From the NCBI GenBank assembly GCA_944332635.1, contig CALVKI010000016.1, forward strand, positions 1-59,905: a stretch of 59,905 bases of DNA. Reading direction: 5' to 3'. A program made the translations under genes and the position numbers. Source of the DNA: an uncultured Bacilli bacterium (GTDB lineage: Bacteria > Bacillota_I > Bacilli_A > RF39 > UBA660). The stretch's first letter is position 1, and each line of letters starts with the position of its first letter. Positions 17,789 through 26,196 of the stretch are shown here, piece by piece. The notes under the pieces were generated by a model, which did no database searches, had not been told where the DNA came from, and worked only from the letters and a program-made list of their open reading frames with translations.

Positions 17789-18883
17789 TTATTGATATAA
17801 TTCTTGTCTTATCAAATCAAGATTGTTATTCATGATATTGATATATGTAAGTTTATTAGTTCTATCTTCATCAGAAAGATTATTCAATTTATGAAGATTC
17901 TGCCTTTTTAAATCAGAATAAGTAGTAAGTAAATTTTTAGCAACATCATTTAAAGCCTCACCCTCAAAAGAATAAATATAACTGATATCGCCATTCTGAA
18001 TCATGCTCTCAGTATCACTAATAGTTTTAGAACTAGTATCTTTATCAATACAAATAACAGTTAATCCAAATTTTTCAAGATATTTAAGTGCAGAGTTAGC
18101 AACTACAATAGTATGAGAACTAGCATTTTCTACCGCTAATCTATAATCTGCATCGAGTTCTGAAAGCTCAACTTTCAAATCTTCATAAGCAGCATCGATA
18201 TCCTTCTTAAGATAAGTACTAGTAATATACTCATCTAATCCTAAACGAACATTTTGTGCCATCATAAGTAAAGAGGAAGAATTAAGCCATAATTCCTCGG
18301 GAGAATAATCTGTTTCTAACACATATGCAGTATCTATAATTTTTAAATTTGGGTTCAAATCGAGCAAATCAAAAGCCAAATTACTCTCTTTTTTAATTAA
18401 TCCATTATAAATAAACAAATCATATTGACTAAAATCTTTTTTCTGTTTATCACTAATTTTATATTTATCAGTATCAACTCCATCAGGATAAACAGCTGTA
18501 ATACTTGAGTGATCCCCATATAATTTTTCTGTGATATATTCATTAGGATAATTAGTAACTAAAATTTGTATATCATCCATATCATCTTGCTTACAGCCCG
18601 TTGTTGCGAAAATTGCAGTGACAAATAATATAAATAACAATAATAACTTTTTGCTCTTCATTCTTTTTCTCCTTACTTTAGGAACTGGATCATAACCAAA
18701 TTTACTAAAAGGATGGCACCTAAAAACTCTACATATTCCTAGATAAAGACCATAACAAACACCATGAGTCTCTATTGCTTCTATCATGTAATTAGAGCAA
18801 GTTGGAGTAAATCTACAATAGTTATGGAATTTTCCAGGTATTTTTTGGTACAAATGTATAAGGTTAATCAAAATCCTTTTCAT
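17789..18883 (-). CDS. yidD: YidD (membrane protein insertion efficiency factor) reading in frame into a ZnuA/TroA-like lipoprotein
   Basis: The N-terminal 70 aa, LIHLYQKIPGKFHNYCRFTPTCSNYMIEAIETHG...RCHPFSKFGYDPVP, is a canonical YidD. With no stop, it continues into MKSKKLLLLFILFVTAIFATTGC (lipobox; internal ATG at 18661) and a cluster A-I substrate-binding fold. Confidence 0.7.
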   Translation of the reverse strand: MKRILINLIHLYQKIPGKFHNYCRFTPTCSNYMIEAIETHGVCYGLYLGICRVFRCHPFSKFGYDPVPKVRRKRMKSKKLLLLFILFVTAIFATTGCKQDDMDDIQILVTNYPNEYITEKLYGDHSSITAVYPDGVDTDKYKISDKQKKDFSQYDLFIYNGLIKKESNLAFDLLDLNPNLKIIDTAYVLETDYSPEELWLNSSSLLMMAQNVRLGLDEYITSTYLKKDIDAAYEDLKVELSELDADYRLAVENASSHTIVVANSALKYLEKFGLTVICIDKDTSSKTISDTESMIQNGDISYIYSFEGEALNDVAKNLLTTYSDLKRQNLHKLNNLSDEDRTNKLTYINIMNNNLDLIRQELYQ

Positions 18884-18994
18884 ATCATCACCCAGTACCT
18901 TTATTACATATTTCATTTTACTATAAACAGTATAAAATATCAATTATAAGTATACTAATTTTTAGTTTTTTGTTATACTTATAATGGTGATTAT

Positions 18995-19660
18995 ATGAAT
19001 GAACTATTTGAAAAACTTAAAATAAACCCCAAACAAGAAAAACTATATAACACAGCATTTTCTCACAGTTCCTATGCAAATGAACATAAAGCAAAGCAAG
19101 ATTATGAACGATTAGAATTCCTAGGAGATGCTGTTGTAGATTTAGTAGTAGCGGATTACTTATATTCAAATAAAAAAGAAAATGAAGGAGAAATGACCAA
19201 AGTACGTGCTAGTTACGTTTGTGAAAACGCACTGTATGAATATTCTATGTCATTAGGTTTAAATAAATATATAAAAGTAGGGCATGGTGAAGAAAAAGAA
19301 GGTGGCAAATTTAAAAAAACAATCGTTGCAGATATATTTGAAGCCTTGATAGGAGCAATTTATTTAGATTTAGGATATGCAACTGCTAGAAGAACAGTAC
19401 TAAATATAATTGTTCCGTATATTGAAGATCCTAATATTACATTCTTTAGTGATTATAAAAGTGTTTTACAAGAACATGTACAAACAACCCAAAAAAGTTT
19501 GCATTATGAATTAATAAGAGAACAAGGCCCAGCTCATAATCGAGAATTTACAGTACAAGTAAAGATTGATGACATAATTTACGGAACGGGGATTGGAGGT
19601 TCAAAAAAGGAAGCAGAACAAGAAGCAGCTAAAGCCGCTTTAGAAAAACTAGCAATCTAA
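18995..19660 (+). CDS. rnc: Ribonuclease III
   Basis: Signature ERLEFLGDAVVDLVVADYLY plus a C-terminal dsRBD (GPAHNREFTV...GSKKEAEQEAAKAALEKL). Confidence 0.95.
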   Translation: MNELFEKLKINPKQEKLYNTAFSHSSYANEHKAKQDYERLEFLGDAVVDLVVADYLYSNKKENEGEMTKVRASYVCENALYEYSMSLGLNKYIKVGHGEEKEGGKFKKTIVADIFEALIGAIYLDLGYATARRTVLNIIVPYIEDPNITFFSDYKSVLQEHVQTTQKSLHYELIREQGPAHNREFTVQVKIDDIIYGTGIGGSKKEAEQEAAKAALEKLAI

Positions 19661-19745
19661 CTTGGAAAAAAATAAAAAATATGATACAATAACTCTACTC
19701 TAAAAAAGTGAAATAGCTTTTAATAAAACAGAAAGGAGAAGTTAA

Positions 19746-21398
19746 ATGAGTAAAATTAAAATATTTAGTTTAGGTGGATTAAACGAAAATGGGAAAAATT
19801 TATATATCGTTAACGTAGATAAAGATATTTTTGTTTTTGATGCCGGTTTAAAATATGATAATGATTTAAATTTAGGAATAGATTATATTATTCCTAACTT
19901 TGATTATTTAATAAAACACAAAAAAAATATTAAGGGTATATTCTTGACCCACGGTCACGAAAGTAACATGGGAGCTGTACCTGATATATTAGAACAAATT
20001 CCAAACGTTCCAGTATATGGGACAAAATTAACACTTGAAATGGTAAAAAATGACTTAGAACCAAATCAATTAAAAAAGGCAAATTTAAAAGAAATAAAAC
20101 CCCATACTAAAATAAACTTTGGAAAAAACTCTATTTTTCCAATTAGTGTAACACATTCTATTCCAGATGCATTATGTTTCGTTTTATATACACCAGATGG
20201 TGCAATCGTTTATACCGGAGACTTTGTATTTGATGCTACTATGCAAGGGGCTTATAAGACAGATATAGGAAAACTTGCTTATGTGGGAAAACAAGGAGTT
20301 TTATGTTTAATGGCCGAATCGTTCTATGCAGAAAAAGAAGGACATACATCTCCTAACAATCGAGTTGCTGGTTTTATTCGAGAAGTGTTAGCTAAAAATC
20401 CAAATAGAATTATAGCAACAATATTCCCAGCTCACTTTTACCGTATTCAAGAAATATTTAATGAAGTATCTAAAACTCATAGAAAAATGGTAATTATGGG
20501 CAAAGGATTACAAGATATGATTAATAAAGCCGTAGCAGAAGGATATTTAACAGTGGACAAGAGCAGAATAGGAACACTATCTGATTTAGAAAATAAAGAT
20601 ACAGTTATCTTAATATCTGATGAAAAAGAAAAACCTTTTAATAATCTAGAAAGAATTATTAAAGGATTTGATAAGTATATAAAAATCAAAGAAACAGATA
20701 CGATATTTATAACAGAACCTGCATATCCAGGTATTGAAAAAAGATCGGCACTTATTATGGATGAAATTGCTATGCTTGGCGCAAACGCTGTTAGTTTATC
20801 AAGCAAAAAGCATCTATTACATCATGCATCTCGTGAAGACTTGATGTTAATGATTAACTTAATGAGTCCAAAATATTATTTTCCAGTAAAAGGGGAGTAC
20901 CGAAATCAATATGCCAATGCTGAGGTTGCTGAACAAATAGGAATTCCAAGAGAAAATATAATTTTAAAAGAAAATGGGGATGTTGTAGAATTCATTAAAG
21001 GACATCTTACAGACGCCAAAGAACATATTGAAGTAGACCAAATTTTAATTGATGGAAAAAGTCAAGGAGATATTGGAGATTTGGTATTAAAAGATCGTGA
21101 AATGTTAGGCGAAAATGGTATTGTTATTATCAGTTGCACATTAGATAAACAAACAAAAGATATTTTAGGTGGACCAGAAATCTTAACTAGAGGATTTGTT
21201 TATGTAAAAGAAAGTCAAGATTTATTAGAACAAACTAAAGTATTAGCAAAAGAATCAATAGAATCCAATATAGAGAAAAATACTAAAAGAGTTGATTATG
21301 CAAAAATAAAAAATGAAGTAAGAGATTATCTAGGAAAATTTTTCTATCAAGAAACAGGTTCTAAACCAATGATTATCACAGTAATTCAGGAAGTATAA
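19746..21398 (+). CDS. rnj: Ribonuclease J
   Basis: Metallo-beta-lactamase motif THGHESNMGAVP, a beta-CASP region, and the C-terminal domain GENGIVIISCTLD. Length is 550 aa. Confidence 0.93.
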   Translation: MSKIKIFSLGGLNENGKNLYIVNVDKDIFVFDAGLKYDNDLNLGIDYIIPNFDYLIKHKKNIKGIFLTHGHESNMGAVPDILEQIPNVPVYGTKLTLEMVKNDLEPNQLKKANLKEIKPHTKINFGKNSIFPISVTHSIPDALCFVLYTPDGAIVYTGDFVFDATMQGAYKTDIGKLAYVGKQGVLCLMAESFYAEKEGHTSPNNRVAGFIREVLAKNPNRIIATIFPAHFYRIQEIFNEVSKTHRKMVIMGKGLQDMINKAVAEGYLTVDKSRIGTLSDLENKDTVILISDEKEKPFNNLERIIKGFDKYIKIKETDTIFITEPAYPGIEKRSALIMDEIAMLGANAVSLSSKKHLLHHASREDLMLMINLMSPKYYFPVKGEYRNQYANAEVAEQIGIPRENIILKENGDVVEFIKGHLTDAKEHIEVDQILIDGKSQGDIGDLVLKDREMLGENGIVIISCTLDKQTKDILGGPEILTRGFVYVKESQDLLEQTKVLAKESIESNIEKNTKRVDYAKIKNEVRDYLGKFFYQETGSKPMIITVIQEV

Positions 21399-21399
21399 T

Positions 21400-21870
21400 A
21401 TGAGAAAAAACAAAATTATTTTAAGTATATTTATGATATTATTTATAACAATCTGCTGTACTGGATGTAATCCAGAAACAGGAACAATGACATGTACAAT
21501 GTCTTCCTATCCGACAGATGGAATTAAATTAAAATCAGTGTATAAAGCAGATTATAAAAATAATATTGTGAAGATATTAAAATCGACAGATCAAGTCACA
21601 GTAGAAGATAAAGATTATTTAAATACCTACGAAGAAAAATTAGCAGAATTATATGAACCATATAAAAACTTAAAATATTATAAAAATGAAATTGAGATAA
21701 AAGGAAAAACATTAACTAGCACAACTATTATTAATTATGATAAAATTGATACAGATATGCTGATAAAAATTGATGAAGGGAATAGCCAATTAATTAAAAA
21801 CGGAAAAGTAAACATTGATGACTTAAAAGAAGCTTATAAACAAAACGGTTTTAATTGTAAAAAGCAATAA
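21400..21870 (+). CDS. Lipoprotein, DUF1307/YehR-like
   Basis: Lipobox ICCTGC. Shares MTCT, NLKYY and INYDKIDTD...KNGKV.IDD motifs with the paralog at 57211. Its ATG lies 1 nt after the rnj stop. Confidence 0.65.
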   Translation: MRKNKIILSIFMILFITICCTGCNPETGTMTCTMSSYPTDGIKLKSVYKADYKNNIVKILKSTDQVTVEDKDYLNTYEEKLAELYEPYKNLKYYKNEIEIKGKTLTSTTIINYDKIDTDMLIKIDEGNSQLIKNGKVNIDDLKEAYKQNGFNCKKQ

Positions 21871-22076
21871 AATTACTTTGATTAAAATTACTAATATGGG
21901 AAAAGATTCAATTAATAAAAACAATAATTTTTTAAAACAATAAAAAAAGATAACTTTAGTTTAAAAAATATGTTAAAATTAAGATGTATATGTCTGTAGC
22001 ACAATTTGATAGTGCAATCAACTCGTAAGTAAGAGATTATGAATTGAAAAAAAGCCTTATATTATAAGGCTAACAT

Positions 22077-22153
22077 GTCCTTGTAACTCAGTAGGATAGA
22101 GTATTCGCCTCCTAAGCGAAAAGCCGGCAGTTCGAATCTGCCCAAGGACGCCA
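22077..22153 (+). tRNA. tRNA-Arg (anticodon CCT), CCA encoded
   Basis: Hand-folded cloverleaf: acceptor GTCCTTG/CAAGGAC, D stem ACTC/GAGT, anticodon stem TTCGC/GCGAA with loop CTCCTAA, T stem GGCAG/CTGCC with loop TTCGAAT. Confidence 0.93.
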
Positions 22154-22164
22154 TTATTGATAGT

Positions 22165-22203
22165 AAAAAGTCTTGTAATTAAAGGGTTTCAAGGCTTTTT
22201 TTG
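22165..22203 (+). terminator. Rho-independent terminator after the tRNA
   Basis: AGTCTTG / CAAGGCT stem (one G-U pair) followed by TTTTTTT. Confidence 0.6.
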
Positions 22204-22567
22204 TCGTTTTATCGATATTGACTATCATACTTATTCAGCTAATCTTTTAAATTTACCTTTTCTTCTTATTCTCTTTTATTATATGTTCAAAGCTAATCTA
22301 TCTATTTCTGTATTTTATTGTAAGCTTACAACTGTAATATTTAGATATAATAATTCTAATACATTATTAAATGTATAAAACTTACATGTTAGAAAAAATA
22401 TGTAGACGCTTAATATTCCCAATTATATTTTTATTACTAAAAATGGTTGACAGTAAAATTATTGCATGTTATTCTATGCATAGAAAAATAGCGAAGAAGG
22501 AAATCAATAAAATGGAAAAAAAACAAAGAAAAAAAACATAATTTTCCTAGTAGCAATTATAAGTATA

Positions 22568-24532
22568 TTGGGAATAGGAATATTTTGTTATTTTATTTTT
22601 ATGGGTAAAGAAAAAAAACAAAAAAAAATAGATACTAACATAGCTCCAACTATATCAGTAAATAATAAAACTACGGACTTGACACAAAATATTGGAACAG
22701 AAGTTAATTTTGAAGCTAAATTTAAAATTCACGGAGATATAGACTATTATTACAAATGGATGACATATAAAAATGGAATTAAGCAAACAGAATCAGTTTG
22801 TACTAAAATGATTAATAATTATATTGATAAAACAACAATGATTATTGATTCCGAATTAAATGTTGGTAAATGGGTAATATATTCAGACCAAAATTGTACG
22901 AACCAAACAAAAGAATATTTGACTTTAACCTACGAAGGTAAAACTGAAAGTTCATCAAAGAAAACGTTGACAGCAACATTTAGCAACGGGAATGCAAATT
23001 CAATAGGAAGTACTAGTGAAAGTTGTGAGACAATTTTTTTAACTTGTTCAGTAAGAGCACCATCAATTACGCCACCAAGCGGATACGAGGTTGAAGGATG
23101 GAGTGAAAATCCTAATGGAACAGGAATAATATTTAAACCAGGAGATGACATTTTAATAAACGGAAATAATACCTATTATCCAATATTAAAAAAAATAGCT
23201 TCAAAAACACAAAAAAAATACACAGTTACTTTTAATAAAAATAATGCACAAAGCATTGAAAAAACAAAGATAAGTTGTGTTACAACAACAAATCAATGTT
23301 CCGTAAAACTACCGAATATAATAGCACCAAAAGGATATGAAGTAATAGGATGGAGTAGCAAGAAAAATGATGACAATGCAGAGTATGACGTTAATCAATC
23401 CATAAATATATCTTCAAACAAAACTCTATATGCAATAATCAAAAAAATTGATTCAACAAAGGAATTTATAGTAACGTTAAATAAAAATAATGCACAGAGT
23501 ATTGAAAAGACAAAGGTAAGTTGTGTAACATCAAATGCTAGCTGTGAGGTGACATTACCAAGTATAGTAGCCAAAAATGGCTATGAAGTAATTGGCTGGT
23601 CAGACAACCCACAATCACAAAATGCAACATACAAAGTTAATCAAACTATCACGATAACACAAAACAAGATATTATACGCAATAACTAAAGAAAAACCCAA
23701 AATAACTATGACGGATTATTCTAAAATCGATTGGAAAACTGGGGGATATAGTGCTTTTTTGAATATAGAGGTTAAGCCAGCAACAGATACTTATACGGTA
23801 ACTTCATCTAATGAAAATGTTATGGTTATTTATAATGATAAAATATATACAGTAGGATCAGGTACCGCCACTATAACTGCTACCTCATCTTCAGGAGCTA
23901 CTACTTCGTTTGATGTTAGAGTAACAGGACCTGATCCAACGACAAATACTAGTAAATTAAAAAAAGGTGTATTAATGAGTTTTATATACGGAAACACTAA
24001 AGTATACATTGAAAAAGGCTGTTCATTCTCTTTTGCTGAAACATTACAAAATGATGTTAAAGAAACCCCAGCAAAGCTGCGAGATGCTACAAGAGCCATT
24101 TATGCAATGACAACTTCCAGTTATAATGAGGCAACTGGTACGTCTAGTGTTGGACTTACCTATGCGAATGGAATAACAAATGTAATACATATTAATTGCG
24201 ATTATAAATCAAATGATGTATATGGTCATGAATTAGGCCATGCTGTAGATTACCGTTACGCTAAATTATCAGGAGCATCAAATTTTTCAAGTAACCCCAA
24301 TTTAATCACTTTATATAATAAATATAATAATAGTGGAAACAATAATTTACGAACTGATAAGTTTTCTAATTCGAGAGAGTTTTTTGCTGATATATTTAAT
24401 TATAATTTTAGAACCAATATTGCAAAAACTACTAAAAAGGAAAATAGTGAGTATAAAGGATTAACATATCCAAGTGATATTACAAATATAATTGAAACAT
24501 TTATAAATGAATATAATTCTTTGGCAAAATAA
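22568..24532 (+). CDS. Secreted zinc metalloprotease, ATLF-like (anthrax lethal factor-like) domain, with three Listeria-Bacteroides-type repeats and a Big_2-like domain. The N-terminus is frameshifted.
   Basis: HELGHAVDY...REFFADIF at the C-terminus; three repeats of about 76 aa (NKNNAQSIEKTK.SCVT...GYEVIGWS); an Ig-like VTSSNENVMVIY...GTATITATSSSGATTSFDVRVTG. The true ATG is probably at 22512 in another frame (see findings). Confidence 0.75.
   Translation: MGIGIFCYFIFMGKEKKQKKIDTNIAPTISVNNKTTDLTQNIGTEVNFEAKFKIHGDIDYYYKWMTYKNGIKQTESVCTKMINNYIDKTTMIIDSELNVGKWVIYSDQNCTNQTKEYLTLTYEGKTESSSKKTLTATFSNGNANSIGSTSESCETIFLTCSVRAPSITPPSGYEVEGWSENPNGTGIIFKPGDDILINGNNTYYPILKKIASKTQKKYTVTFNKNNAQSIEKTKISCVTTTNQCSVKLPNIIAPKGYEVIGWSSKKNDDNAEYDVNQSINISSNKTLYAIIKKIDSTKEFIVTLNKNNAQSIEKTKVSCVTSNASCEVTLPSIVAKNGYEVIGWSDNPQSQNATYKVNQTITITQNKILYAITKEKPKITMTDYSKIDWKTGGYSAFLNIEVKPATDTYTVTSSNENVMVIYNDKIYTVGSGTATITATSSSGATTSFDVRVTGPDPTTNTSKLKKGVLMSFIYGNTKVYIEKGCSFSFAETLQNDVKETPAKLRDATRAIYAMTTSSYNEATGTSSVGLTYANGITNVIHINCDYKSNDVYGHELGHAVDYRYAKLSGASNFSSNPNLITLYNKYNNSGNNNLRTDKFSNSREFFADIFNYNFRTNIAKTTKKENSEYKGLTYPSDITNIIETFINEYNSLAK
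22964..23692 (+). repeat. Three tandem in-gene repeats of about 230 nt encoding Listeria-Bacteroides (Flg_new-like) repeat domains
   Basis: Protein repeats LTATFSNGNANSIG..., YTVTFNKNNAQSIEKTKISC... and FIVTLNKNNAQSIEKTKVSC.... The second and third copies are also clearly similar at the DNA level. Confidence 0.65.
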
Positions 24533-24750
24533 AAAACTGTATACAATAAAAAATAGAACTCAAATATATTAGCACATCTATATTATTTTAGAAAAAGCAA
24601 AATTTGACTATAAAAGTTCAAATATAATATTATCGAATATATAAAAACTTACTTTTATGTAACAGAAAGTGTGAATATTTATCAAACTCCAAAGATATTT
24701 TTAAGTAAAAAACAAGGAAGTATAATAATATAAAGAAAAGGATGGTCAAA

Positions 24751-25224
24751 ATGAACTTAGAAAAAGATAAATATATTATTGTAGAAATAATACCAACACA
24801 TTCTAAAGAAGAAAAGGGAATTATCGCACAGATATCAGCCTTAAAATTAGAAGGATTAAAATTATTAGATCGGTTTGATTATAGAGTAAAAGACGAATTA
24901 ATTGAAAATGAAGAACTAAAAAAAGTAATCCAATATGATAAAAAAGCATTCACTTACGTAGATAATCCCAATTTCATCCCAGAAAAATTTAAATCATGGG
25001 CAAAAGATTTTCCTTTATTAATTATAGAACAATCATATACTTTAGACTATTTAAAAGAACTTGATAATAAAAAAGAATTAATTTATCCATATCTGAACAT
25101 GGAGCATTCTTACAATGTTTTTAATAAAATTATAAAAAAATATAATCTAGAACCTAGCAATCATCTAGTAGATTTATTATATGAAGCAATCATTTATGAA
25201 AACAACAACAAACAAAAAAAGTAA
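24751..25224 (+). CDS. Hypothetical protein with a degenerate DEDD (DnaQ-like) exonuclease-like layout
   Basis: YIIVEIIPTHS...IIAQISALKLEGLKLLDRFDYRV...PLLIIEQSYTLDYL follows the Exo I/II spacing, but the acidic catalytic residues are replaced. ATG at 24751 follows AAAGGA. Confidence 0.45.
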   Translation: MNLEKDKYIIVEIIPTHSKEEKGIIAQISALKLEGLKLLDRFDYRVKDELIENEELKKVIQYDKKAFTYVDNPNFIPEKFKSWAKDFPLLIIEQSYTLDYLKELDNKKELIYPYLNMEHSYNVFNKIIKKYNLEPSNHLVDLLYEAIIYENNNKQKK

Positions 25225-25323
25225 AAAAAGAAAAATAATAGAAAATAACTATAAATTCTATTAATTATAAATATAATCAATATCTAAGTTAACAATCAGA
25301 TAAAGGAAGTGAATTAACATTAT

Positions 25324-26169
25324 ATGCTTGCTTTAGGAATAGATATAGGTGCAAGTCATATTGGTTTAGGACTATATGATTCTGTTTCCAAAAAGCTTAT
25401 AAAAAAGAAATATATAAAATATAATAGACCATCAAAAATTTGGAATTATTTAACAACAAAAAAATCAACTAACACATATATTAAATATTTAGTAAAAAAT
25501 ATTGATTCTTTTATAGAAAATAGAAAAATTAAAAAAATAGGAATAGGTTGTCCTGGAGGGGTAGATTCCAAAAATGGAATTTTTTACGGCTCTACAGCTT
25601 TAGTGGTTGGAAAAATAGAGTTTAATAAAGTATTAAAAAAATACAATTGTCCTGTGTATATTGAAAACGATGCTAACTGTGCTGCTATTGGAACTATGAG
25701 TATTAGGCAAGAAACAGAGTTTTTAATGATTACAATAGGTACTGGAGTAGGGTTCTCTATTGTAAGAAAAACAGGTAAAAATATAACAATAGCACCAGAT
25801 TTTATTATTTGGAAGATTTTAAAGACAAATAGAATTTCTAATACAAAACACGATAAATATATTTCTAGTTTTAAAAAGTTATTGATGAGGCAAAAAAAAT
25901 CTGAAGAAACTTTTTTTCAAAATATTAATGAAAATTATGGGATATTAATGGATTATATTAAAAACTTCAAAGTTGGAATAGAAAAGATAGACAAGGAACT
26001 ACCAATTAACAATATTTGTATTGGAGGGAGTTTTTCTTTCTATCATAAATATTACATACAGCAGCTACGAACAATTTTACCAGATTTTAATATATTTATT
26101 AGTCCATATTATAATGATGCTGGCATTATTGGTGCAGCATTACTACCAGTTAAAACAGAAGCACAATAA
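25324..26169 (+). CDS. ROK-family sugar kinase-like protein
   Basis: ALGIDIGASHIGLGLYD (phosphate-1), GIGCPGGVD, ENDANCAAIG. The ROK Cys-rich zinc motif was not seen. Confidence 0.7.
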   Translation: MLALGIDIGASHIGLGLYDSVSKKLIKKKYIKYNRPSKIWNYLTTKKSTNTYIKYLVKNIDSFIENRKIKKIGIGCPGGVDSKNGIFYGSTALVVGKIEFNKVLKKYNCPVYIENDANCAAIGTMSIRQETEFLMITIGTGVGFSIVRKTGKNITIAPDFIIWKILKTNRISNTKHDKYISSFKKLLMRQKKSEETFFQNINENYGILMDYIKNFKVGIEKIDKELPINNICIGGSFSFYHKYYIQQLRTILPDFNIFISPYYNDAGIIGAALLPVKTEAQ

Positions 26170-26190
26170 AGGGAGCAATAAGCTCCCTTT
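26168..26190. terminator. Bidirectional terminator between convergent genes
   Basis: AAAGGGAGC-AATAA-GCTCCCTTT perfect hairpin, flanked by A- and T-runs. Confidence 0.7.
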
Positions 26191-26196
26191 AAAAGA

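Noticed and set aside
21993-22076. A structured-looking stretch upstream of tRNA-Arg(CCT), with hairpins GCAC…GTGC and AGCCTTAT-ATT-ATAAGGCT, that might be a second tRNA or a small RNA.
   Set aside because: I could not fold it into a cloverleaf: there is no anticodon stem or T arm. It is most simply the 5' leader of the tRNA transcript, which carries an extended -10 TGTTAAAAT upstream.
22157-22378. A 73-aa ORF immediately after tRNA-Arg(CCT).
   Set aside because: It starts inside the tRNA terminator hairpin, has no RBS and has junk-like composition. The region is better explained as the intergenic/promoter region of the protease gene.
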